From assembly GCA_041487495.1 (NCBI GenBank), contig JBGPNN010000003.1:1-38130 (forward strand): a stretch of DNA of 38,130 nucleotides, written 5' to 3'. This DNA comes from a bacterium (GTDB taxonomy: Bacteria; Sysuimicrobiota; Sysuimicrobiia; Sysuimicrobiales; Humicultoraceae). The translations under genes and the position numbers were made by a program. The notes under the pieces are model-generated. The model saw only the letters and a list, made by a program, of their open reading frames with translations, did not search any database and was not told the origin of the DNA. Below, piece by piece: positions 20,638 to 28,372 of this stretch. Position 1 is the stretch's first letter, and every line of letters starts with the position of its first letter.

Positions 20638-21093
20638 CTAACGCCCACCACCACGGTGCAGCAGGTGGCGCGCAATCTGCAGTAGCGCCTGTCGGTCTGC
20701 GGCGGCCAGCCGGCGCGTGATGACCAGCAGTTCGCTAATCACAAGATCGCTCCGATCGCTGGTTCCGCTCGACGGCGCCATGGCCTGATCACCTGAAAAC
20801 AGCGACAAGGGCTTACTGCGCTTGAGGGGCAGCTGCACCGCCGCCAGGGGCTTCATGTCGTCGGGGAGCGGTGCCGAAAGTTCTTCGACGTACTGAAGGA
20901 ATGCGCTGCCCTTCATGCCAAAGGCCCGCGCGATGCGCGCGACGATATCACTGGACGGCCGCTTCAAACCTCTCTCGATCTCGGACAAGTAAGAATACGA
21001 AATGCTCGCGAGCCTCGCAACCTCTTCACGCGTGAGGTTGTTCGATGCCCGCAGCGTCTCGATGGCCCGCCCATAATCGAGTCGTGACCGCAT
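20638..21093 (-). CDS. XRE-family helix-turn-helix regulator
   Basis: LR...LTREEVARLASISYSYLSEIERG.KRPS HTH_3 pattern. Confidence 0.85.
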   Translation of the reverse strand: MRSRLDYGRAIETLRASNNLTREEVARLASISYSYLSEIERGLKRPSSDIVARIARAFGMKGSAFLQYVEELSAPLPDDMKPLAAVQLPLKRSKPLSLFSGDQAMAPSSGTSDRSDLVISELLVITRRLAAADRQALLQIARHLLHRGGGR

Positions 21094-21172
21094 GGACACA
21101 TCGCCAAAAGTTCGCCATCGGCGCATCGGACGCCTGCGGCGGGCGGGAAGCGGCCGGGAGGGTCGGTGCCGG

Positions 21173-22366
21173 CTACCGCACGACGGCGAAGTGGTCCCGG
21201 TCCACCGTCTGAATGGAGTGTCCGTTCGACGCTGCGTGGGTCAGTTTGTCGCGGAGTGTGGCCCACGTATCGCCAGCCCGCTGGAGCGCCTGGCGGATCC
21301 ATTCCTTGTCGCCTTCGTTGAGCGGTACGGCCGCCGCGATCTTCGCCCAGACCATCGTGTGGTAGAAGCGAAGCGCCGTCGCCGCGACCCAGACCTCGCT
21401 CCGGACGCTGCCGTCACCGTTGGGGATGAAGATGTCACCAATATTGTCGGTGCCGATTTGCACAGACACACCGGCCACCATCATGTCGAGGATGCGCGCG
21501 ATCGAATTATGCACAGGTGTGAGCATCGGCCGCAACTGCAACATCGACAGCGCCGCGGTGGGGCAGCAGATGACCCCGACGTTGTAGGCGCGTAGATTGT
21601 CGACGAGGCGCTGGAATCGCACTTCGTCATAGCAGGCCGGTGAGATGCCGTGAACCGCCCAGACCGTCGGTCCAGTCTCGCCCGGCACTGCCGGCGACCC
21701 GAGCCAGCGAACTGCCTGCACCAGTTGTTCCGTCTCGTCTTCGCGCGGGTCGTTGTCCTGATCGACCTGGAGGTGCACCGGTTTTCCAAGGTCCTTCGCC
21801 AGTTCCAGGATCATGCGCACGTGTCCGTCGAACCCGACCCGTCCTTCGGCGCGATCTTTGACCGGCAACCCACCGAGAATATCAGCGACCCGGGCGGCCT
21901 GCTTGTAGACATCCCAGCGGTCCGGATTGATGGCAGGGTTCTTGAAGCCGAAGATCGGCGAGACCGCAATCTTCAAGGCGAGCCGGTCTTTGAACTCTTC
22001 GCGCAGCCGGGCGGCCTGCTCGATGGCCACCAGGCCGATGTCGGGCGTCGCGTCAATGAAGGAGACGACCTCGCGCACGCTGGTGGCTGCCATGCGTTCC
22101 AGCTCGGCACGCATGCGGACGTAGAGGCTGTCTGGCCGGTAGGCGAGTCCTTTGTGGAGTTCGCCGACCAGGATCTGCTTGACCGGCAGCGACAGACCCG
22201 CGGCGCCCACCGGATCAATGTTGGCATGCTGCAGGTACTCGGGCGCGAAGGTGTTGGCTCGGTCGAGGTGGGTGTGGGCATTCACCCAGCCGCCGAACTC
22301 TCTAACCGTCTGCTCCAGCGTGCGGCTCCACGCGCCTTGCTCGGTCCCTTCCAAAATGGGATCCAT
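21173..22366 (-). CDS. Metal-dependent amidohydrolase, cytosine deaminase (CodA)-like
   Basis: NAHTHLDRA, VHLQVDQ, AVHGIS, CPTAA, GTDNIGD; SD GGAGG upstream. Confidence 0.8.
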   Translation of the reverse strand: MDPILEGTEQGAWSRTLEQTVREFGGWVNAHTHLDRANTFAPEYLQHANIDPVGAAGLSLPVKQILVGELHKGLAYRPDSLYVRMRAELERMAATSVREVVSFIDATPDIGLVAIEQAARLREEFKDRLALKIAVSPIFGFKNPAINPDRWDVYKQAARVADILGGLPVKDRAEGRVGFDGHVRMILELAKDLGKPVHLQVDQDNDPREDETEQLVQAVRWLGSPAVPGETGPTVWAVHGISPACYDEVRFQRLVDNLRAYNVGVICCPTAALSMLQLRPMLTPVHNSIARILDMMVAGVSVQIGTDNIGDIFIPNGDGSVRSEVWVAATALRFYHTMVWAKIAAAVPLNEGDKEWIRQALQRAGDTWATLRDKLTHAASNGHSIQTVDRDHFAVVR

Positions 22367-22400
22367 GATCAGCGCCACACCTCCCCCCAGAGATTGAGAC

Positions 22401-22426
22401 AACAAAAAACCCGCCGTCGCGGCGGG
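22401..22426 (-). terminator. Intrinsic terminator (attenuator) in the amidohydrolase leader
   Basis: Minus strand CCCGCC-GCGAC-GGCGGG-TTTTTTGTT. Confidence 0.85.
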
Positions 22427-22461
22427 CCCACCCATACTGCACAGCATGTGCTGTTCACGAC

Positions 22462-22503
22462 GACCTCCTTGTCCGCCTCGCGGGGCGGCACTTAAAGGGG
22501 TCC
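22462..22503 (-). promoter_or_regulatory. PyrR-binding RNA element (anti-antiterminator)
   Basis: Minus strand CCCCTTTAAGTG-CCGCCCCGCGAGGCGG-ACAAGGAGG resembles the PyrR consensus (CUUUAA internal segment, CCNGNGAGG terminal loop). It lies between a promoter and a terminator. Confidence 0.78.
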
Positions 22504-22515
22504 GATCCATCGGAG

Positions 22516-22544
22516 AAGATAGCACGCGTCCCAGATTTCGTCAA
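22516..22544 (-). promoter_or_regulatory. Sigma70 promoter for the amidohydrolase leader
   Basis: TTGACG - 17 nt - TATCTT, with an extended -10 TG. Confidence 0.7.
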
Positions 22545-22558
22545 GCGAAAATGCCCGG

Positions 22559-22587
22559 CAGACAGGACGCCGCCTCGTGCGTATACT
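22559..22587 (+). promoter_or_regulatory. Possible sigma70 promoter for the GNAT-C45 pair
   Basis: CAGACA - 17 nt - TATACT upstream of SD GGAGGAG. Confidence 0.45.
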
Positions 22588-22625
22588 GAATGGTCGAGTG
22601 CCGAACCCGATCTGCGGAGGAGACT

Positions 22626-23627
22626 GTGCCAACGCTGCCTGAAAGGCAGACTGCGCTCGTCACGATCCGCGCCACTGTTCCAGGCGACGAGACGCAGATC
22701 CTGGCGATCGGGAACACGCTCTTTCCCGAGGACTATCAGGAGACCCTCAAGCAGTTTCGCTACCATCGCAAGCGCCTCCGGGCAGGTGGCTACGCAGATG
22801 TCTTTGCCGTGGCTGCGACCCCGCGCGGTCAGGTGGTCGGCTACTCACACCACCAGCAAATGCCTGGCCAGGCGGATCCCGATCGTTTTCGGGTGATTGT
22901 CGGTGTTGCGCCGGAGTGGCGTGGTCAGGGCGTCGGTCGCGCGCTGTTTGCGCATGTGGCCGCACAGTTGATCGGGCGAGGCGCCCGAGCGGCAGAAACG
23001 TTTGCCCGCGAACATGACATGCGCGTGATCGACTTTCTCGTCCGGCGCGGCTTTAGGGAAGCGATGCGCGCATGGGAGAACCGACTCGACCCTTCGCGAT
23101 TTGATCCCGCGCCGTTTGCACCCTACCTTGAACGAGTTGCCACCGCCGGGATCACCATCACCACGCTGGCCGACGAACAAAACCGGGATCCCGACGCGCT
23201 GTCAAAGGCCTACGAGTTGCACAATGCCGTCGAGGCGGATATTCCGTCGACGAGTCCGTTTGAAGCCCAGCCGTTCGAACGCTATGTCGAACACAACGTG
23301 CGCGGGCCGAACGCGCTACTCGACGCCTACTTTTTGGCGAAAGCGGGTGAGGCATACGTCGGCGAAGCGGTCCTCCGCACGTCGGCGCTCGGTACGTACC
23401 TGACGCACGACACCACCGGCGTGCGGCGGGCCTACCGCGGGCGGGGGATCGCGATGGCGTTGAAGCTGGCCACGATCGAGTACGCCCGGGCCCACGGCTA
23501 CACGCAGATCCGCACGTGGAACGAGGTGAACAACGCGGGGATGTTGGCCATCAACGAACAGCTGGGGTTCGCGCGCCAGCCGGCCTGGATTACCTTCGAA
23601 AAGACGCTGGCGGCGGGGAACCGGTGA
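22626..23627 (+). CDS. Tandem GNAT family N-acetyltransferase
   Basis: Two acetyl-CoA motifs (VAPEWRGQGVG; TGVRRAYRGRGIA) and N..MLAINEQLGF; GTG start after GGAGGAG. Confidence 0.88.
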   Translation: MPTLPERQTALVTIRATVPGDETQILAIGNTLFPEDYQETLKQFRYHRKRLRAGGYADVFAVAATPRGQVVGYSHHQQMPGQADPDRFRVIVGVAPEWRGQGVGRALFAHVAAQLIGRGARAAETFAREHDMRVIDFLVRRGFREAMRAWENRLDPSRFDPAPFAPYLERVATAGITITTLADEQNRDPDALSKAYELHNAVEADIPSTSPFEAQPFERYVEHNVRGPNALLDAYFLAKAGEAYVGEAVLRTSALGTYLTHDTTGVRRAYRGRGIAMALKLATIEYARAHGYTQIRTWNEVNNAGMLAINEQLGFARQPAWITFEKTLAAGNR

Positions 23628-24751
23628 GCCACTTTCGTTTCGTCCGCCTCGCCGGGGCGCCGTTGGAAGCCGGCCGGGCGTTCGGGCGCGCGACGGCCGA
23701 TCTGGTGGCCCGCAATCTGGCGATCTACTTCAGGCGGTTTCTAGACGAGACCCAGTTGGATCGAGATGAGGTTCTGCGGCGGACCGGTCTGTATTGGCCC
23801 GTGGTCCAGGCCCAGAGCCCGGAGTTCGCGGCCATGGTCGAGGGGATCGCGCAGGGCGCCGGACAGCCGCTGCCCGACGTCGCCGCGGTCAACCTGCGCT
23901 ACGAACTGCTCTATTCGGAATTCTCACGCATCGGGCAGATGGAACACGGCGGTATCCACACGCCGGCGGGGGAATGTACGGCGTTTGCTCTGATGGCGGA
24001 GACGTCCACTGATGGACACCTGCGGATCGGGCAGAACTGGGACTGGATCCCCGATGTCGCCGGTGTCCTGACACACGTGACCCGTCCCGACGGGCTGCGC
24101 ATCTGCTGCTTCACGGAGGCCGGCATCGCCGGCGGCAAGATCGGTCTCAACAGCGCAGGGCTGGGGTTGGTCGTCAACGGGCTCGTCTCGGCCGACGACG
24201 ACTGGTCACGGCTCGGCCGGCCGTTCCACGCGCGGACCTGGGAGATCCTCTGCAGCACCCGTCTGGACGCGGCCGTTGAGGTCGTGTCCCGCGGGGAGCG
24301 GTCCTGTTCGTCCAATTTTCTGATCGCGCAGGCGGGTGCGCCCGGGCGCGGTGAAGTGGCAGACGTCGAGGCAGCCCCCCTCGGCGTGTGTGTGCAGCAC
24401 CCGCGGGGAGGGGTCTTCGCCCACGCCAATCACTTCCTCGACCCGGGCCGGCTGGGCATCTGGCAGCCCCTGCGCGAGGAACGCACGTCGACGTATCATC
24501 GCTGCGGTCGCATGGAGCAGATGCTGGTGGGGGCTGCCGCGCGCGGACCGGTGGGGCCCGAGGATCTGCAGGCGATGCTCCGCGACCACGACGGCATGCC
24601 GGAGTCGGTCTGCCGGCACCCCAATCCCGATCTGCCTGAGCCCGAGCGCTACCAGAGCGTCGTGTCGATGATCGTGGACCTGCACGCCGGACGGGCGCTG
24701 GTCGCAGCGGGTCCGCCGTGCCTGCACGAGTTCGTCGAATACGAGGTTTGA
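23624..24751 (+). CDS. Peptidase C45 / acyl-CoA:6-APA acyltransferase-like Ntn hydrolase
   Basis: N.RYE, E|CTAF autoprocessing Cys, GQNWDW, TEAG..GKIGLNSAG, HANHF; GTGA overlap with the GNAT gene. Confidence 0.88.
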   Translation: MSHFRFVRLAGAPLEAGRAFGRATADLVARNLAIYFRRFLDETQLDRDEVLRRTGLYWPVVQAQSPEFAAMVEGIAQGAGQPLPDVAAVNLRYELLYSEFSRIGQMEHGGIHTPAGECTAFALMAETSTDGHLRIGQNWDWIPDVAGVLTHVTRPDGLRICCFTEAGIAGGKIGLNSAGLGLVVNGLVSADDDWSRLGRPFHARTWEILCSTRLDAAVEVVSRGERSCSSNFLIAQAGAPGRGEVADVEAAPLGVCVQHPRGGVFAHANHFLDPGRLGIWQPLREERTSTYHRCGRMEQMLVGAAARGPVGPEDLQAMLRDHDGMPESVCRHPNPDLPEPERYQSVVSMIVDLHAGRALVAAGPPCLHEFVEYEV

Positions 24752-24762
24752 TGGTGCCGCAC

Positions 24763-25473
24763 CTACCTCGGTTCTGGCGGCAGCCGCGGGACCACGGGGC
24801 TAATGCGTCCCGGTGGCACGGGATCGCGGGGGCCTCGCACGGGTGGCCTCCACGTGGGCCATGGAGTGGGTGGGGCAAGGGTCGTCGAGGAGGGCGCGCG
24901 CCGATTCCGCAGCCCGACCTCGCTCTCGACAGTCACCGCGGCCCCGTCGCGATGCCGCACCTGCATGACGATGTGGATCTTCGCCACGTCTGCGGCCGAT
25001 GTCGCCGCGGTCCCGGCAGACGTCACATACGTGAAGGTGACGCCGTCGACGTTTGCGGCCAAGTTGTTCACCCCGAGCCCGACCCGACGTTCGACTTCTC
25101 GCTGCCGTGGATTGTGTTGAAACGTCACATCGTAGCCCAGGCTCTGCCGATAGGGGTTTCCCCGCGGCACCCGCACCCTGACGCGGCTGGGACACAGGCT
25201 GCTTGGGGGGCAGGCCGGGTCGTCCACGACGGTCTCGGCCCATCGCAGTTCTTCGGTGACGCGTTCGATCGCGCGGCGGGCGCCCTGATTGACTTCCAGC
25301 CGGCTCTCGGTGAGGGCGACAGCACGCATCGTCGTCCGCGCGAGGCCCGCCGCCGCCGTCACGACCGCCGCGGCGAGGCTCAGAGACAGGACCAACTCGA
25401 GCATCGTCCAACCGCCTCGGCCGTCGATCGACCAGGCGGCGATGGCCCTGACCAGAGGACATCGTCGTGGCAT
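24763..25473 (-). CDS. Type IV pilin-like protein (PilW/PulJ-like minor pilin)
   Basis: Class III signal G|WTMLELVLSLSLAAAV with Glu5, then Q..RRA.ER..EELR.A; Pro-rich C-tail. Confidence 0.72.
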   Translation of the reverse strand: MPRRCPLVRAIAAWSIDGRGGWTMLELVLSLSLAAAVVTAAAGLARTTMRAVALTESRLEVNQGARRAIERVTEELRWAETVVDDPACPPSSLCPSRVRVRVPRGNPYRQSLGYDVTFQHNPRQREVERRVGLGVNNLAANVDGVTFTYVTSAGTAATSAADVAKIHIVMQVRHRDGAAVTVESEVGLRNRRAPSSTTLAPPTPWPTWRPPVRGPRDPVPPGRISPVVPRLPPEPR

Positions 25474-25565
25474 TCCGGTCCCCCCGCCATGCGTTCTGCT
25501 GCACCATTGCCATCGGCACGGCGCGCCCGCGTCTTCGGGGGGTCCGCGCATCCGGCGCGTCGGCC

Positions 25566-26468
25566 ATGACGGGGGAACTCGCGGCACTGGCGGCCGCGCT
25601 CGCGTTCGGTCTCAGCACGGTGATGGCCCGACGATTCATGGACACGGTCGCGCCAGAAGCCGGGGTGCTGGTCAGCATCGTGACCAACGTGGCCGTGTTC
25701 GCCGCGCTGACGGTCGCGACGGCGCTCCGCCACGGCCTGCCGACCGTGACGTTGCCCGCGGTGGCGCTATTCATCCTGGGGGGATTGGCTGGGACCCTGT
25801 TGGGACGGAATCTCTCCTACCGGAGCATCGAGCGCCTCGGTCCCTCACTCCTGACCACGATCCGGTTCAGCCAGACCATTTTCACCCTGCTGCTCGGGCT
25901 GTTCCTACTCCACGAACTCCCACGGCCTTGGCAACTTGCGGGGCTGGCGGTGCTTATGCTGGGCTTGTGGATCAGCCTGTCGGGCGCGCCGGCCTCGCCT
26001 CGTAGCGTAAGTTCGCAGGCACCGGCCCCCGCGCGCAGAGACCTGGCCGCGCTCATGATCGCCTTTGCAAGCGCGGCGGCATTCGCACTCGGCGACACGG
26101 TGCGCCGGGCGGCGCTGGGCCTCCTGCCATCACCGGTCCTCGGTGCGGCGATTGGCGCCTCGTCGGCGCTCGCCGCGCATCTGCTCTGGTCGATCATACA
26201 TCGCTCTGCACGATGGCCGGCCCGCCCGGCGCTGCGTCGGTTCGATCTCTGGATCAGCGCGATCTTCAATACGATCGCGATCCTGCTGTTGTACACGGGG
26301 CTGCGGTACGCGCCCGTGGCGATCGTCTCGGTGCTCTACAATCTGCAGGTGTTCGTCGTGCTGGCGGGCAGCCGCGTCTTGCTGCGTGGTCAGGAGGCGA
26401 TTGGCCGGGGGCTCGTGGCCGGATCGATCCTGGCCCTGACCGGGACGGCCATGATCCTCATGGGATGA
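25566..26468 (+). CDS. EamA/DMT family transporter
   Basis: About ten TM segments in two repeats, FLLHE and LLRGQE junctions. Confidence 0.85.
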   Translation: MTGELAALAAALAFGLSTVMARRFMDTVAPEAGVLVSIVTNVAVFAALTVATALRHGLPTVTLPAVALFILGGLAGTLLGRNLSYRSIERLGPSLLTTIRFSQTIFTLLLGLFLLHELPRPWQLAGLAVLMLGLWISLSGAPASPRSVSSQAPAPARRDLAALMIAFASAAAFALGDTVRRAALGLLPSPVLGAAIGASSALAAHLLWSIIHRSARWPARPALRRFDLWISAIFNTIAILLLYTGLRYAPVAIVSVLYNLQVFVVLAGSRVLLRGQEAIGRGLVAGSILALTGTAMILMG

Positions 26469-27561
26469 GGGCTGCGTCGGGTTCGCGGGAGGCCATCTCT
26501 TCGACGAGCCGCTCGGCCATAAGGCTGTGCCACTGCCGCATCGCCCCTTGGAACGTTTCGCGATACGCTTCCCATGCTTCCCGCTGCTTGCGGTTGCGGA
26601 ACTTCCCCACGCGGAAAACCAACCGCGTTCCACCGTCCGCCGGCGAAAGCTCGAACGTGTACTTCGTGAGGCCCAGCCCAGGGACCATCGCCTGGATCGT
26701 GAAATAGTGGAAGGGTCGCCAGTCCTGGATGTCCTCGATGACCGTTCCTGGGCCGTGGACGCAGTGGTTGGTCGTCCCGATCCCGCGGCGGCCCCTGGCG
26801 TTGGTTTGGTCAAGCCGGTCGGTCCCGACCTGATACAACATGCGCTTGGCCGGATCGGTCAGATACTCCCATACCACCGCGGGAGGAGCAGGCTGCAACG
26901 ACTCCATCACGATCGCCGCGTTCTCCGGCGTCACGATCACCCGGCGGTGGTCCTGCTCGTGCTTCCAGCCGGCCTCGAGGTCATGGACGAATGTCGCGAC
27001 CTCCCCGATGTGCTCGTAGGTCTCGAGATGAGGGCGCATGCCGAGCACCGCAGGGTCCGCGCCCATCGCCGCGACGCAGGCCTGGGTGACCAACGCGTAA
27101 CCGTTGAGGTGAAAGGTCTCGGCCACGGAGTTCTTCGACAGGCGGTGAACCAAGATCACGTCGGTGCCGGCCAACTCCTCGCGGCCAGCGATCCGATGCC
27201 GTACGAACTCGCCATAGTGAGCGAAGAACTTAAGGTTGAGGCTGGGGATCAGGACGCAGGCGTTGCAGAGGCACGTGGTGGCCTGACGGATGTTCTGGAG
27301 GCGGCGCCGGAACGCAAAGTAGCAGCCTTCTATGATATCCAGCAGCATCGACCCATCGATCTTGCCTTCGGGCGCGTAGGCGAAGGCGGCGTCGCCCTCG
27401 AGCTTGGCCAGACGAAACACCGGGCGGAGCGCGCCGACGACGGTCTCGACCAGGTCGGCGAGCACGTCGTGGGCGTGCTCGAGCTCGCTCCCGGCCAGGT
27501 AGCCGGTGTAGCCTGAGATGTCCGCGATAATGAGACAGCCGTGTTCGGCGCGAGTCAGCAT
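26458..27561 (-). CDS. DUF2652 (class III cyclase-like) domain fused to SRPBCC/START-like domain
   Basis: IADISGYT, KLEGDA, CLCNAC, LKFFAHYG, L.G.DVILVHRL.KN; C-terminal PPAVVWEYLTDP...NHCVHG...DWRPFHYFT. Confidence 0.82.
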   Translation of the reverse strand: MLTRAEHGCLIIADISGYTGYLAGSELEHAHDVLADLVETVVGALRPVFRLAKLEGDAAFAYAPEGKIDGSMLLDIIEGCYFAFRRRLQNIRQATTCLCNACVLIPSLNLKFFAHYGEFVRHRIAGREELAGTDVILVHRLSKNSVAETFHLNGYALVTQACVAAMGADPAVLGMRPHLETYEHIGEVATFVHDLEAGWKHEQDHRRVIVTPENAAIVMESLQPAPPAVVWEYLTDPAKRMLYQVGTDRLDQTNARGRRGIGTTNHCVHGPGTVIEDIQDWRPFHYFTIQAMVPGLGLTKYTFELSPADGGTRLVFRVGKFRNRKQREAWEAYRETFQGAMRQWHSLMAERLVEEMASREPDAALIP

Positions 27562-27664
27562 CTGACTATTCTTCGCCTCTCCCCTGGAATTTGGATGGCC
27601 CGACCGTCGATTCCTGGCTCCCGGCAGGACCGCGCATGAGGCGCGGCGCATAAGTCAGCCAGGG

Positions 27665-28372
27665 TTGTGGACGCATCTGGGGGAATTCGGTCTGTCTGCT
27701 TGGCTGTACCTGCTGCTGGCGCACCTCGTGGCCGACTTCCTTTTGCAACCGTACGAACTGGTCAAACTGAAGGGCCAGCCGCTCGGACTGGCGATCCACT
27801 CGGGTGTTCACGCGATCGTCACCGCGGTCCTGGTCGCCCCGTTTCTCCCCCGCTGGTGGCTCATCGTGCCGGTGCTGTCGGTGGTGCACTATTTCATCGA
27901 CTGGATGAAGGTCGCCGGCGGCCACACGGATGGACCGCGGTCGCTGGTGGCCTTCCTCGGTGACCAGGTCTTACACTTGATCGCGCTGACGCTCGCAGTC
28001 CTGGCCGCCGGGCTGGCGCCCGACGCGCACGTCACCTACGTGTCGCCGCGAATCACCTCGGTGTTATACTACGCGATTCCCTACCTGACCGCGACGTTTG
28101 CCGGCGCGATCCTCCTGTATCAGATCGCTCTGGCGTTTCATACTCGACCGAACCCGGCGCAGGCGCTTACGCTGGCGCCGCGCTTTGCGGGCATTATCGA
28201 GCGCGGCTTGGCGTTGACCGTGGTCCTGTTCCTGCCGCCGTCACTGTGGTGGGTGGCCGCAGTGCCCGCTGCGGTGATCTTGTGGCCGGACCGCACTGAG
28301 CGGGGGCGCTGGGTGGAAACGGCGGGCGGGCTCGGCTTCGCGTTCATCTTGGGGCTGGTGTTCCGCCAGTGA
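27665..28372 (+). CDS. DUF3307 family membrane protein
   Basis: AHLVADFLLQP, HSGVH, HYFIDWMK and DQVLH His motifs in TM helices. Confidence 0.8.
   Translation: MWTHLGEFGLSAWLYLLLAHLVADFLLQPYELVKLKGQPLGLAIHSGVHAIVTAVLVAPFLPRWWLIVPVLSVVHYFIDWMKVAGGHTDGPRSLVAFLGDQVLHLIALTLAVLAAGLAPDAHVTYVSPRITSVLYYAIPYLTATFAGAILLYQIALAFHTRPNPAQALTLAPRFAGIIERGLALTVVLFLPPSLWWVAAVPAAVILWPDRTERGRWVETAGGLGFAFILGLVFRQ

Noticed and set aside
27562-27664. CRP-type binding site in the divergent gap of the cyclase cluster
   Set aside because: No TGTGA-N6-TCACA-like palindrome found.
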